DNA of 64,000 nucleotides from Microthyrium microscopicum (Eukaryota). The notes below the pieces were generated by a model. That model was not told where the DNA came from. It worked only from the letters and a program-made list of their open reading frames with translations, and searched no databases. The stretch is taken from positions 3,707,119 to 3,771,118 of the forward strand of contig MU004230.1 in NCBI GenBank assembly GCA_010405405.1, in the 5' to 3' direction. Made by a program: the position numbers and the translations under genes. Of this stretch, positions 25,273-37,600 are shown one piece after another (the first letter of the stretch is position 1; every line of letters starts with the position of its first letter).

Positions 25273-27409
25273 TCAAATACCCGAGTCCTCCTCCTCAAAT
25301 GTCCCTGGCCCAGGCCAAAATTTATTCCACTTATTACACGTATCGCGCACATAAGCCTCATCCTGATGTATGGAAGACATCTGTCCCGGCTGTTCAATAA
25401 ACTGAATTCCCAAACTCTCGCTCGAATGCCACATAATATGACAATGAGCCAACCACGTTCCTGGATTATCCGTCTTGAAGGCCATCACCATATATCCACT
25501 CTCCGGCCACGTCCCCGTATCCCTACGTGGCGGATTCTTCAAATTGAGTTGAGACGTTGACGTAAAGTTTCCGGGCCCTGTACCGACAATCCAGTAGTCG
25601 TGGCCGTGTAAATGCATTGGATGGGAGCGGTTACGTGCTGATTGATCCTGCCAGATAAAGTACACCCATTTGTCTAGCGAGGTGGGATCGTCGTCTTCGA
25701 AGACCATGTATTCATCTGCAAAGCTGGTGACGTTGTCCAGGAGTAAAAGGTTGGTTGGGGCAGACCAGTCGACCCAGAGGTAGTTGTCATTGAGTGTCCA
25801 GAGGAATTCTTTGGGTGCTGGAGGGGTGACGAAGCTGAGATTGAGGAGTTGGACTTGATCTGGTGGGCCAACGTCGAGAGCGAGGTACGGGACTAAGCTC
25901 TCCATGGGCTCGTCGCGGCAGTTGGTTGGGTAGGTGTTGACGATGGTTTGGGTGGTTGGGTCGGCTGTTGAGGCGTTGTTGTAGCGAATTATGCCGAGGG
26001 TGTTGTTGGCTTGTTGGTTATCGCAGCATTTGGATTGCCAATTGCCGCTGCAGGATTATTAGTTGGAAATGTTTTGGAACAGATATGAAGACAGGTCTTA
26101 CCGGAGCCAGTATTGATCGAGATCTCCGTTTGCTTCAACAATGATATCGTATCGTTGGCCCATGCTGATAGCCACCTAGAAAATTGGTGAGTACAGAGCA
26201 TTGAGTGAATTGACATAGAGCCTACATTGTCTGTCTGGTATGGAACTATAGGCACAAAGTCCATGGCAATGACGGTCAAGGTATGATTGTCGATAGAAAA
26301 TCGCATATTTGAGTAGACGCCAGTGTTGATCAGCCGCATACGGTATTTCTTGCCCTTCTCAAAATTCCATTCTGGACGACTCGTGCCACCGACACATCGA
26401 GTGTTATTAGCCGGGCAAGGTATGACATTCTTGCCGTTGATAAGAGCACTATCAAGCGAAGGAGGTAGCTGCGGCGTCGGAGGAAGGAAAACACGATCAT
26501 ACCACCATAAGGCAAAAAATGACGTGTGAGCCCAATCTTGTAGGACAACAGTGCCCAGATCTTCATCATAGTTGGCTGTGGCAGGCCCATGGATGATCAT
26601 TGGACCTTGAAGTCCCACGGAGTACTGCATCGTAAAATGGGAATGATACCAGGTCTGAGAAGTGTGAGCAATGCAACTGCATGGGGAAAATGAAAATTAC
26701 CGTTCCATAGTGCTCGGCATAAAATTTGTAGGTATACGTCTCTCCTGGTGGCTTCAATGGGTTAGAGCAACTCATAAGTGAATGAGAGTGACATACTATG
26801 GGACACTGAGTAACACCGGGCACTCCATCTCCTGCGTTATTGTTGAGTTGTCGAAAGCCATGCCAATGAATAGATGTGCCGTTGTTTTCCATCGTATTTC
26901 TGACGTGAATAACGACTGCGCCATTGTCAGTACATCGTCTCGCTCTCGGAAGCAGGAAATCTTACGTTCATCACCCCAATTGGCCTCTATCAAGGGGCCC
27001 GGGATAGTGCCGTTGAAAGTGAGAGCGCCAATTTCGTAGCCCTGGTCGCTTTTGTCAATACTGTTGTATGTAAAGAAAAGAGAAATAGACATACATCAGG
27101 AGCTACCGTGCCATTAACCACATCAAGCCAGTATTCCCTTGTCACGCCAGTTCGTGGCGAATCCTCGTAGTAATTGGTGTCTATGGAGTAGTTTCCCCAG
27201 CAGCCTCGAGACTGAGGACCATGCTTGCAGCCCTTCGTCAGGTTTGATGGTGCTACATCGGGAGTAGTGAAATTTGAAAGAGGGTAAGGTAGGTAATCAG
27301 TGGCGTTTAGTAAAATATTAGCAGGACCAGGTACGTATGAACCACCTGGATCAACGGCTAGAGCCAACGGTGATAGACTTGCAAGCACGGACACGATTTT
27401 GAGCAACAT
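25273..27409 (-). CDS. secreted ascomycete-type laccase (multicopper oxidase)
   Basis: Signal peptide, CxHGPxSRGCW N-terminus, HWHG, WYHSH, HPMHLHGH, HCHIMWH motifs, C-terminal DSGI plug tetrapeptide; multi-exon. Confidence 0.93.
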
Positions 27410-28338
27410 GATTGAAAAGATGCTTGATTCTCAGCCTTCTCCGATTAGTACTCCGTACAGCCCTTTATGAAGGCTCCATGAACTACATGTACGCGGCATC
27501 GCGACAATGGATGCCATTCTCGCTGAGACTTTTGCGGGGGATTCTAACCGCAAAGGGAAGATTTGAGAGTTGTTGAGGATAATCAAGGATGGTCAATACC
27601 AGTGTCAACCTCATGGAGTTTGAATCTTAGACGATCGCAGATCAGGGTTCCTGAATCCTCCTTATGGCCATTCCGGGCGGACGGTACATGCATTGTGCAT
27701 AACGCAGAATCAAGCTTTTCTTAGTCTCCTTGGCCTACATATCATCGTCATAAGACATGACATTCCAGGACCCCCGGCAAATAATGCCGCATGCTCGAGC
27801 CGTGCCGTGTGCGTGGGTATACGAAGCAATGAGTGTCGATCGATGAATGCAGGGCAGATACAGTAGATAGGGTTCTACCTCTCTCGAAAATGGTTGGGTA
27901 ATGAGAACTTGCTACTGAATTTTAAAAGCTGTTCAACAATCTGACGGCGTTCGAGCTCGAAGCTAGATGTAACAGTTGGTCTGACGGTGTCCTGTCGTTG
28001 AGTTCATGTTGATATCGACTCCTTGAAATTTGTGATTCACATCAAATATCGTCAACGTCGTATAGTCGATAAAGCCCTATCTTTAGAAGCAAAAGTGAGA
28101 GCACACAAAGTAGCGGCACAGTAACTATTAGATGGACAAGAAAAATTGATGAAAGATGGAAATAAAATTATGATCGTGTCTAGTAGCTAATGTTGAGGAG
28201 GTTGCGTGTCCAACGCGCGGGACGCGACTTGACCCACTTTCGAAATCGGATCTGGATCCTTCCAACCACAACGCTTCCTTCTTTCTCTTCATCACCCGCA
28301 CCCACACAATTACTTTGACATCAAATCAAACTGGGACC

Positions 28339-29130
28339 TCAAATCTTCGCGTTCGCTCCGAAAACTTGTAGTCGTTGCTCCAGTGGAAGCTTCTGCGGCT
28401 TCTCTCCAGGTGCGCTTCCCTCCTTGGGAACGCCAAAAACCATCTGCGACTTCAGCGCCCATTGCGATGGTACATTCCACGTCTTTTGAACTTCAGCATC
28501 GATGAGAGGATTATAGTGCTGTAGGTTCACTCCTAGGCCCAAGGCCTCGAGTGCAGTCCACATGTAGTATTGGTGCATGCCGCTGCTGTGCGCGACCCAC
28601 TCATCTGTCTTGTCTTTGTAGATGTCTGGCGCGTGCTCCTTCATTGCTTCAGCGCAGGACAGGTCATCCCAGAACAAGATGGTTCCATAGGCATTGGCGA
28701 AGTTGGTGATCCGATCTTTGGTTCCTCCTAGCCAGCGCTCCTCGCCAATCTTTGCGAGTAGCGCGTCGCCAGTGATGGACCAGAGCTTCTTGTGGTCATC
28801 CCCAAACACAATTGTTAGCCGGGTAGATTGATTGTCAAAAGCGGATGGGACTGTGAGGATTGCAGCCTCTGCAAGCTTGACAATGGTGCTGTCGGGCACC
28901 GTGGTTTTGGCGTCAAGAGCGCGGATAGTGCGACGCTTCTGCGTAGCCTCGCTGAAGCCCATTGTGACGATTGGAGACGCCATCGTGAGATTTCTGAAAC
29001 TTGCGAGACTTGTTGATGGTATCGGTATTTTGGTTGAGGCACGAAATGTGGAATGAATAATGAGAGAGTTGACAACTATCCCAGATGATTTTGGTAGCCG
29101 AGAAACGAGACCAACGAACCTCTTCAACAT
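28339..29130 (-). CDS. nitroreductase-family protein (Frm2/Hbn1-like)
   Basis: RRTIRAL, PSAFDNQSTR, AYGTILFWDD, LGVNLQHYNPLID, QMVFG; second in-frame ATG at 28983. Confidence 0.88.
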   Translation of the reverse strand: MLKRFVGLVSRLPKSSGIVVNSLIIHSTFRASTKIPIPSTSLASFRNLTMASPIVTMGFSEATQKRRTIRALDAKTTVPDSTIVKLAEAAILTVPSAFDNQSTRLTIVFGDDHKKLWSITGDALLAKIGEERWLGGTKDRITNFANAYGTILFWDDLSCAEAMKEHAPDIYKDKTDEWVAHSSGMHQYYMWTALEALGLGVNLQHYNPLIDAEVQKTWNVPSQWALKSQMVFGVPKEGSAPGEKPQKLPLEQRLQVFGANAKI

Positions 29131-29569
29131 ATCAACCTTACGACTTCGCTACCTGCTAGCAGCGAGGTGAAAATGGTTGATAATGGTCCCTACCAGAAGT
29201 ACCTCCTAGGCGTCATCTTATTGGCTCAGTCTGTGCTGAAGGATGCGGAACGATGCCAAGAATTACTCCTTTGGGGAATTCACGCTAAATGATTGGCAGG
29301 GCAATTGCCTAATGCAGTAATATGTCACCGGAATGCTTAGAAAGAATCCAAGATCTTCACTTTTTTTGCTGGGAAATGTTTGTAAGTCCCGGACTCATGA
29401 CTAATGCAGGCACATCACCAACTTGCCTAAGCTGTGCAGCCGCGGAGATAATTCAGCACAAGATCTGTCCAGCAGAAGCCAAAGATCTCCACGAAACAAT
29501 ATGACCTCTATACAACTCGAGACTTATTGAAATCACGACTGTCATCAGCTTTGACAGACAGCAAGAGCA

Positions 29570-31117
29570 ATGAAGTTCGTCAGACGGAACTTTTCGACCT
29601 CCCCATCGACAGCTATCGCAAGGTCAGAGGAGAAGCTCTTTTTCGACAAAGATGGCTATCTAGAATTTGCACCAGACGACCCCGAAAATCCAAAGAACTA
29701 CTCATTTGGGCGCAAATGCTACATCACCGCTATCGCCATTTCCCTCGTCATGAATGCCACTTTCTCCTCATCTGCGCCATCCGGTACTTTCCAGGGTATT
29801 AGCGACGACCTTGACATCTCCGTTGAAGCTGCTGGCCTCGTCACTACACTCTTCCTCCTTGGTTATGTTGCCGGTCCGTTCTTTTGGGCACCATTGTCAG
29901 AATTTTATGGTCGCCGCTGGATCTTCTACGTCTCATTCACTCTCTACCTCGCCTTCGGCTTCCTTTGCGCCTTTACACCTAACTTCGCCGGGCTCGTGGT
30001 CGGCCGTTTTCTGACTGGCACCTTTGCTAGTGCTGCGTTGACAAATGCACCTGGCATCCTCGCAGACATCTGGGGACCTGTGGAGCGAGGCAACGCCATG
30101 ATTCTTTTTGCGACAATGACATTTGTAGGACCCGCACTAGGGCCAGTAGTCAGCGGTTTCCTTCAATTGAAGGAGACATGGCGTTGGACTTTTTACGTAC
30201 TGCTCTGGATGGCGGGAGCTACCGAGCTTCTGCTTGTGACTCTCCCAGAGACCCTCCCAATGATGGTTCTACGTAATAAAGCCCGCCGCATACGCAAAAT
30301 CCCTGGCAATGAGAGCGTCAAAGCCCCAGTCGAAGCATCGGATCGTTCTTTAGGTGGCATTTTCAAAGTTGCGTTGACACGACCTTGGAGACTTCTCATC
30401 GATCCAATCAGCTTCTTCGTCGCAATTTATTATGCAGTTGTCTATACCCTGCTTTACATGCTCTTCAGCATATACCCTATTGTGTTTCAGCAGAAGCGTG
30501 GTTGGAACAGTGGTGTTGGTGAGCTACCACTGATAGGCACTGTTGTTGGCGCGTGTCTAGGTGGCCTAGCACTGTTCATCAATAGCCAAGTACAGCAGAG
30601 AAAAGCCAAACCGGGCCACAAATCAGTCCCAGAAGATCGCCTTCCAGGCGCCATGGTTGGTGGAGTCATGTTTGCAGTGACGATATTCTGGTTTTCTTGG
30701 TCAGCCGAGTTCAACTCAGTGCACTGGGCTGTGCCAACTGTAGCAGGAACCTTCCTGGCAATGTCAATCCTGCTCATCTTCGTCGTCTTCATCAACTACA
30801 TCATCGACTCGTACCTGATGTACGCTGCCTCTGCCGTTGCAGCAAATACTGTTCTACGCTCTGCCTGTGCTGCAGCATCCCCCCTCTTCACGCATTATAT
30901 GTTCGACACGCTTGGTGTGGGTGGAGCTGGTTCACTCATCGGAGGCATAGGTGTGTTGTTGATGCCGATACCCTTCATCTTCTACAAGTATGGTGCTGCG
31001 ATCCGCGCGCGGTCCAAATTTGCGCCAACGGAGGAGACTATCAAGCCTGCTGTAGATGAGGAGAAGGCTATGGACAGCAGATCACACAGCAAGACCTCTG
31101 AGAGAGAGGATAACTAG
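29570..31117 (+). CDS. MFS drug:H+ antiporter (DHA1 family)
   Basis: DDPENPKN, WAPLSEFYGRR, GPALGPVVSG, PETL, PEDRL, SAVAANTVLRS; ~12 hydrophobic segments. Confidence 0.93.
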   Translation: MKFVRRNFSTSPSTAIARSEEKLFFDKDGYLEFAPDDPENPKNYSFGRKCYITAIAISLVMNATFSSSAPSGTFQGISDDLDISVEAAGLVTTLFLLGYVAGPFFWAPLSEFYGRRWIFYVSFTLYLAFGFLCAFTPNFAGLVVGRFLTGTFASAALTNAPGILADIWGPVERGNAMILFATMTFVGPALGPVVSGFLQLKETWRWTFYVLLWMAGATELLLVTLPETLPMMVLRNKARRIRKIPGNESVKAPVEASDRSLGGIFKVALTRPWRLLIDPISFFVAIYYAVVYTLLYMLFSIYPIVFQQKRGWNSGVGELPLIGTVVGACLGGLALFINSQVQQRKAKPGHKSVPEDRLPGAMVGGVMFAVTIFWFSWSAEFNSVHWAVPTVAGTFLAMSILLIFVVFINYIIDSYLMYAASAVAANTVLRSACAAASPLFTHYMFDTLGVGGAGSLIGGIGVLLMPIPFIFYKYGAAIRARSKFAPTEETIKPAVDEEKAMDSRSHSKTSEREDN

Positions 31118-31671
31118 GTGCACGAGGATGCTGGCGGTCGGGAGAGTCATTGACTCGAGAAATTGAGCTGTGCTTGCTTCGTTACATAGGACAATCACGC
31201 CAGTCCATCTACTAAACTGTAATGTGCTAGAATAAATAATATTGGTAATTGAATGCAAACTTCCCAAACATGTCCTGTTTCTATATTCTCAGCCTGTGTC
31301 GATTTTGTGTTATCTTTGTTTACTGTCATGTGATCCCCCTATTTCCCTATGCCCAATATTTTAACGTCTGTATTGATTTTTCTCCTTGAGCAGACAATAC
31401 GTGAATTAATTGTTCTCGATATTGTCTGCTTATATGTGCGGTAAGAGGAGAAAATGGAGAACAAAAACACAAAATGAAAGCTAGTTGAAGGAAATTGCTA
31501 TTCAAAACAGATATACAAAGTCAGGTCATCATGAAAAGTATAACGTAAAATTCGTAAATCGTGCAAAATCTTCCTTCCAATCGAGAAAGCGCCGTGCCCA
31601 AATTCTTCACTGTACAGGAACCGAGTGAAGAAAACAAGTCAAAGTAGCAACAAAGTCACATACTTAACAAC

Positions 31672-34600
31672 TCAAACAGACCCCTCCAAAATAGCACATG
31701 CCTTTACCACACTCTCCGACACCTCGCGAATATTCGCCGCATCAAAGACTTTAAAATGGTTGCCAGGGATATCAAAACAACGCACCGAAGATCCAATCAC
31801 CTCCTCCCAGCCCCACACCGCAGTCCTCGGGTCCGATCTATCCTGCAGCCAAGCATTCTCCACAGACTGGGGATTCATGACAGCCCGCGGATCGCTAGTA
31901 TCCCCATTCCGCCGCCAGCCATCTCTTGAGCGAAGCAAGATGGCAGGCGGTGATGGACGATGCGAAAAGTGCGTGGGCCTATGCGCGCCCAAAAGGTCTG
32001 CGCATGATAAAAAACTTTGACGTGTGAGTTCGCGGATGACATTGCCCATTGCGTTTGGTGAACTTTTCCCATTTCCAGTGACAGCTTCAATGATATCAGG
32101 GGAGAGAGGCTGATGGTCGAGTGGGGGCGGCGAGTCGATTAGAATGACGCCTTTGACGGCCTGTTCCAATGATGTTAGGATCCTTGCTACTTCAAAAGCG
32201 ACGACGCCACCAAAGGACCAGCCGCCGATGAGGCAGGGGCCTTCGGTGGTACGGCGAATTGTGTTTGCGTAGTTGGCAGCCATCTGGCGGAGGCTGGACC
32301 ATGTATCGGCAGTGTCAGTGAATTTGGGATCGTGTAGGGCGTAGGCTTGGCGGTGAAGTGACTGCAAGCGGTGGTATTGCATGCAGACACCGCTGCCATC
32401 GTGAACGAGAAATAGAGGTAGAGCGTTGGAGTCTGCAGCGGTGCTGGTTCTGATAACTTCAGGCTGCTCGGAAAGTTTAAGAGCACGTTCCACCTTTTTC
32501 AGCATTGCGGTATCAAGCTTGATATCGGTTTTTGGTGATTTCGGAATGTCGAAGTCGGCAGAAAGATCTATGCCAGAGTCCTTGCGGGAGCTGTTCTGTA
32601 ATGGAGACTCCGTTACTTCTTTGACTTGTTTTTGTGTGCCGTGCTATATCAAATGAGTGTTAGCCAAGCACGAACCTTTCAAAACAACGGACTCGGCTTA
32701 CACCTAGGAGATCTCTGGCAGAGCACATACCAGTCTTTCGACGTCGCCAACCGTGCGACATATCGAGAGGTTTGCGGCTGATGTAGACTTTCCATCCTTG
32801 TAAATCTCCTCCAGACGAGATGAAAGTTCAAATATCATAAGAGAATCAATTCCGAGATGCTGCAAATCTGAGCTTGAGGAGATAGCATCTGGGCTGATGC
32901 CACAGGTATCGGCGATGATGGCAGAAACGTCGCTCCTGCTGCTAAGGGTGCTGCTTGGGGAGCTTGGGGAGCCTGGGGAACCAGGAGAGCCGGGCGTGCT
33001 AGGGGAGCTTGAAGTCGTGAGGCCTGGAGGCGGAGTGATTGACTCGGATGGAGAGACTGAGGAATCGAAAAGTCGCTCAACGTCCCCAACTGTCTGGCAG
33101 TCCGCCAAATCTGAGATACTGGCCTGGGGAAACTGTGTTGCAAGTTCGGCTTGTAATTCGATCATCATGAGTGAATCAAATCCAAGACTGTCAAGGCTTG
33201 CAGCTTCTGATAGTGCCAATAAATCCATGCTGCAAGTGTTCGCAATCATGGCCCTGACCGATGGACCAGATGCAGCAGGTAGCAATCTCGGGACTGGAGT
33301 CCGAGCCGAAGGAGCATGAGACGATATAGTCACCGCGACTTCCGGCTTGCTGACTGAGCCACCCGAAAGCTTCTTTGCAGCAATGGCGAGAGCTCTGCCA
33401 ATCTTTGTGAGTTCAATTTGCTGAAACTCCATGCCTTTGAATACTGCCAGGACTCCTTGAGAGTCGAATGCATAGGCATCCGCAATTGTCAACCCCTCGC
33501 TTGCAACATTGTTAAGGGTACCTATAATGTTAGACTACTGCATAAACATTGGAAGCCGTGCTACTTACAATGTACTTCAAAGGCGTCCCCAGGAGCGAGA
33601 GACCTCTGAATAACAGTGGCAGACGCGACACCCTTACACATGCACAGAATCTGAGTACCAACTCTGACATTTGCAGCAAAGCCTGCCACATGCAACAAGA
33701 CATCCATGAAAATGGCGTTTGCAGCAGGTAGACTCGTAGTACCTAGGCGATTGTCTGGGTATTGGCATATGGCGTGGGTGTCTCCAGTTGCTTCGTCGAT
33801 GCGAATTGACTGCACGCGCTGATATGGCTCGGAATAAGTGACCACGCGTGTAAAGACCATTTCATACATGGCTCGCTTCATAAAGATCTCCTGCTCGGCT
33901 CTGTTTACATTTGACAGGATTTGCTCTGTTTTCCGAGATAGCATGGGAGCAATACGGGCGTATTTCGTCTGCAACGTCTGGTTTAACTTGCGCTTCAAGA
34001 CTCCCTTGCAGTGAGAAGTGGTGTGATGTGGATCAGATGTGTTGTAAGAGAGTATGTCAAATCCGTAGGATATTCGAGAGTCGTTGAGAGGTTTGAGAAC
34101 AACTCTGACCTGCAAAACTTTTAGTACGAAAGAACTTGTACGACCACAGCGACCAGAGAAAATCGGAACTTACCGTTATAGAAGCATCATGGTACAGCAA
34201 TGGTGCAACGTAGGCAATCTGAGACAGACTCCACACATGACTCTGTTGCGATTCTGGCTCAAGGTCCTTGACTGCCGACAGTGCAATCTCATGGTAAACT
34301 GAAGCGGGACATAGCGCATGTTCCGCAACGAGATGGCCTGTGATAAAATCTTTGAGCAGGTACAACGGTGTGTCGTATATCGCAGACCCATCATCCAAAG
34401 TCGGCTGGCTCACTGTTTCAGCGATGAAGCTATCACGTCGAATATCGGGCTGAGCAGCCTCAAAGTCGACCTTCTTTGTTGTGGCTTCCGACGGATAGTG
34501 AACGCCAAACTCTTGCTTCGAGAATGGGATGCCAGGGAGATCAACCAAGACCGGACTGGATTTGCCAGCAAAGGCATTTCGCCAATCACTACCACTGGAA

Positions 34601-37600
34601 GTTGTGTATAAGTTACACAAGAGCTGTGCCAAGGTGGTAGAAGGTGAAGTGCCTTTTCGGAGAGTAGGTAGGAGGCTAACCGACGCTTTGTCAACGCATT
34701 GGCCCAGCATAGGAAGTAACGAGGGGTGCGGGCCAATCTCAATCCATCTGGTTGCTTCAGATCCAGTGTTGGTAGTGAGAAAGTCTTGAACGCCTTTGTG
34801 AAAGTTTACCGTCTGTCGGCAGTGTAGTGCAAAATACTCTTTTGTAAAGGCAGTTTGACCAGCCTCAACAGCGCGTCCAAGCACGTTCGAGACAACAGGG
34901 ATCTTGGGCAGACCTAATTCAATAGTGGTAACAAACTGAGTAAGCTCATCGAGGATAGGGTCTACTGCCTTGGTGTGATAGGCCATAGGCACATCGAGCA
35001 GCTTGCTCTTGACCTTGAGGCTCTCTCGCAGATGATCCTTGAAAGTTTGGAGTTCCTCAGCTTGGCCACCAACAACGCAGTCATTTACACCATTGTCGCA
35101 TGATATTGATAGACTGGGGAAGAGCTTGGATGTCTGGACCAAGCCTTGTACAGTGGAGGCGCCAGTGTTGACAGCGAGCATGGAAGTCTTCTGAAGCTCA
35201 CATTTCTCCATCATCAATTGCGCACGACGAGCGACAAGACCAAGCCCGCTGAGTATATCGAGAACTCCAGCAGTGACTAGAGCAGCGTATTCGCCAAGGC
35301 TGTGGCATTACAGTTAGCAAAGGACTTGTTACACACCGAAGAGCCTCACCTGTGGCCTACAACGGCAGTGGGAACAATGTTCCAGGAAATGAGAAGCTCC
35401 GCAAGGGCAACCTCCAAAACATATATTGCCGACTGGAAGGCTTGTAGCTTTTCACCCTCTGTTAGATCCTTGAGAGCGTTTTCGGTCTCAGTAGCGGTGA
35501 TAATTTGGACACATCCAGGATAGTTGCGCTCTTTGAGATATGCGTCGCACTTCCAAACGGTTTTGGCGAAGCTTTCGTATGTTTCCATAAGCTCAGCACC
35601 CATTCCCAAGTACTTTGAAGTGTTAGCAATCAGGACTAAGACGAGAGGCAGTTTCCAAACTTACCTGTGATCCCTGTCCAGAAAATGCAAAGACGGCATT
35701 TGGCTCCTTGTTCGCCGACTCGGAGATGTGGTGAGGTATTGCTGCCCTGAGCTTCTCCGCCAAATCATCATAGGAGGTGGCGACTACTGCGATACGCATA
35801 TCGTATATTTGGCGGCGGCTTGTGCTTGTTGCACAAATATCCCGGAGCGAGAGACTTTTTCCATTTTCCATAATATATGAGACGAGGTCATCGCGAAGTT
35901 GTGTTAGAGAAGCGATGCTCTTGGTAGAGCATCCAAACACATAGCTGAGCGGGCTCTTGCTTCCTGCCTCAACGGGTGGTCCTGATGGGATATACTCTTG
36001 TAAAAGTACAGCTCCATTTGATCCTCCAGCACCAAAGTTGTTCAGCATTGCCATGCGTGGCTTACCATCGATTTGTGGCCACGAGGCTCCATCTCGGCTG
36101 ATCACAGCACCATCATCGCCAAGGTTTCGGATGCGTGGGTTCAACACCTTGAGGGAGATTTGAGAGGGGATGTGGCTGTGCTTCATCATCAGGACAAGCT
36201 TCGCCAGGCCGGCAGCGCCAGATGCGGCTTCACAATGACCAATGTTTGCTTTGATGGATGTCAAGTGAAGAAGATTTTCCGGTGATCTGTCCTGACATAG
36301 AACGCGCCGCACACTCTCTAGCTCCACTGGGTCACCAGCTTGGGTACTGTCCAAAATTAGATTAAATGCTCCGCATAGAGATAACGGCAAATACTGACCC
36401 AGTGCCATGTAGCTCAATCGCAGTGACCTAGCGATATGTCAGTAAAGGCGTCTACTTTGAAGGAATTCAATAGAGCTTACCATGTGAGGGTCAATTCTGG
36501 ATTTTCGGAACATGTGCTTGAATAACTCCTCTTGAGTAGGAACATGAGGATGCGTAATAGAGTGCGTGTTGCCGCTCTGATTGATTTCCACCGCCTTGAT
36601 GATTGCATGAATGCGATCGCCATCTGCTATGGCATCACTGACTCTCTTGATAACAAAAGCGCCACAGCCCTCAGCACGACAGTACCCATCAGCAGAGGCA
36701 TCAAACGCTTTGCACTGCCCTGATGGGCTCAGAAAGTGCGCACGGTCAAGGCCTAGATACATGTCGGGGCTGGTAATTGTGTTGACGGCACCAACAAGCG
36801 CAGAACGGCAATCTCCTGCAATAATTGATCTGGCGGCTTGATGTAAGGCGACTACAGAAGATGAACAAGCTGTGTCCAGGGTAATGGACGGACCACTCCA
36901 GCCAAAGACGTAGGAAATGCGTGCACTCTGAAATGTACGCAGTGTACCTGGGCTGTAATAAACATCGATATCGTCTTTCATGTTCGCAGGATAATCTAGC
37001 GTGGCGTTGCCAATCCAGCACCCAAAGGTATCACGGTCAGTGGAAGGCGTCGTGTCCGGCACGTAGCCAGAGTTCTCAAGTGCTCTGAATGCTGTCTGCA
37101 GCATCACGCGCTGTTGCGGGTCCATTGAGCGCGCTTCACGTGGGGATATGTCGAAAAGCGCATTATCAAACTGGAATGGATTCTGAAGAAAGTTGCCATA
37201 TCTGGTACCGAGGGTACGATTAGAGCTGCCCTTTTTCTCGCCCTTGGCGTGATAAAAGTCGTCGATGTGGAATCTTGACTCTGGTATCTATTTGGGTAGC
37301 AGATCAGTGACTGGACAATCAAAAGTGGGACAATATATTGCCATACCTCAGAGCATGAATTCACGCCGCCAACCAAATTTGCCCATAATGACTCAGTATC
37401 TGGTGCGTCTGGCAGATCTACCGCCATGCCAACGATTGCAATATCATCTGCGGCCAGCGTGGAAGCTTCGCTGTATGATTTTCGGGAGCCAGCGAGCGCA
37501 ATTACATCTAGGACTCTTACGTTCCTCGGAAATTTGAATGCAGATGTTGACATGCCATAACCGGGTCCCATGTTTAAAATTTCGATCTCCGCTCCTGCGG

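Noticed and set aside
32950..33010. Short SPG/SPS repeat as an independent repeat element
   Set aside because: It is the low-complexity linker between the two ACP domains.
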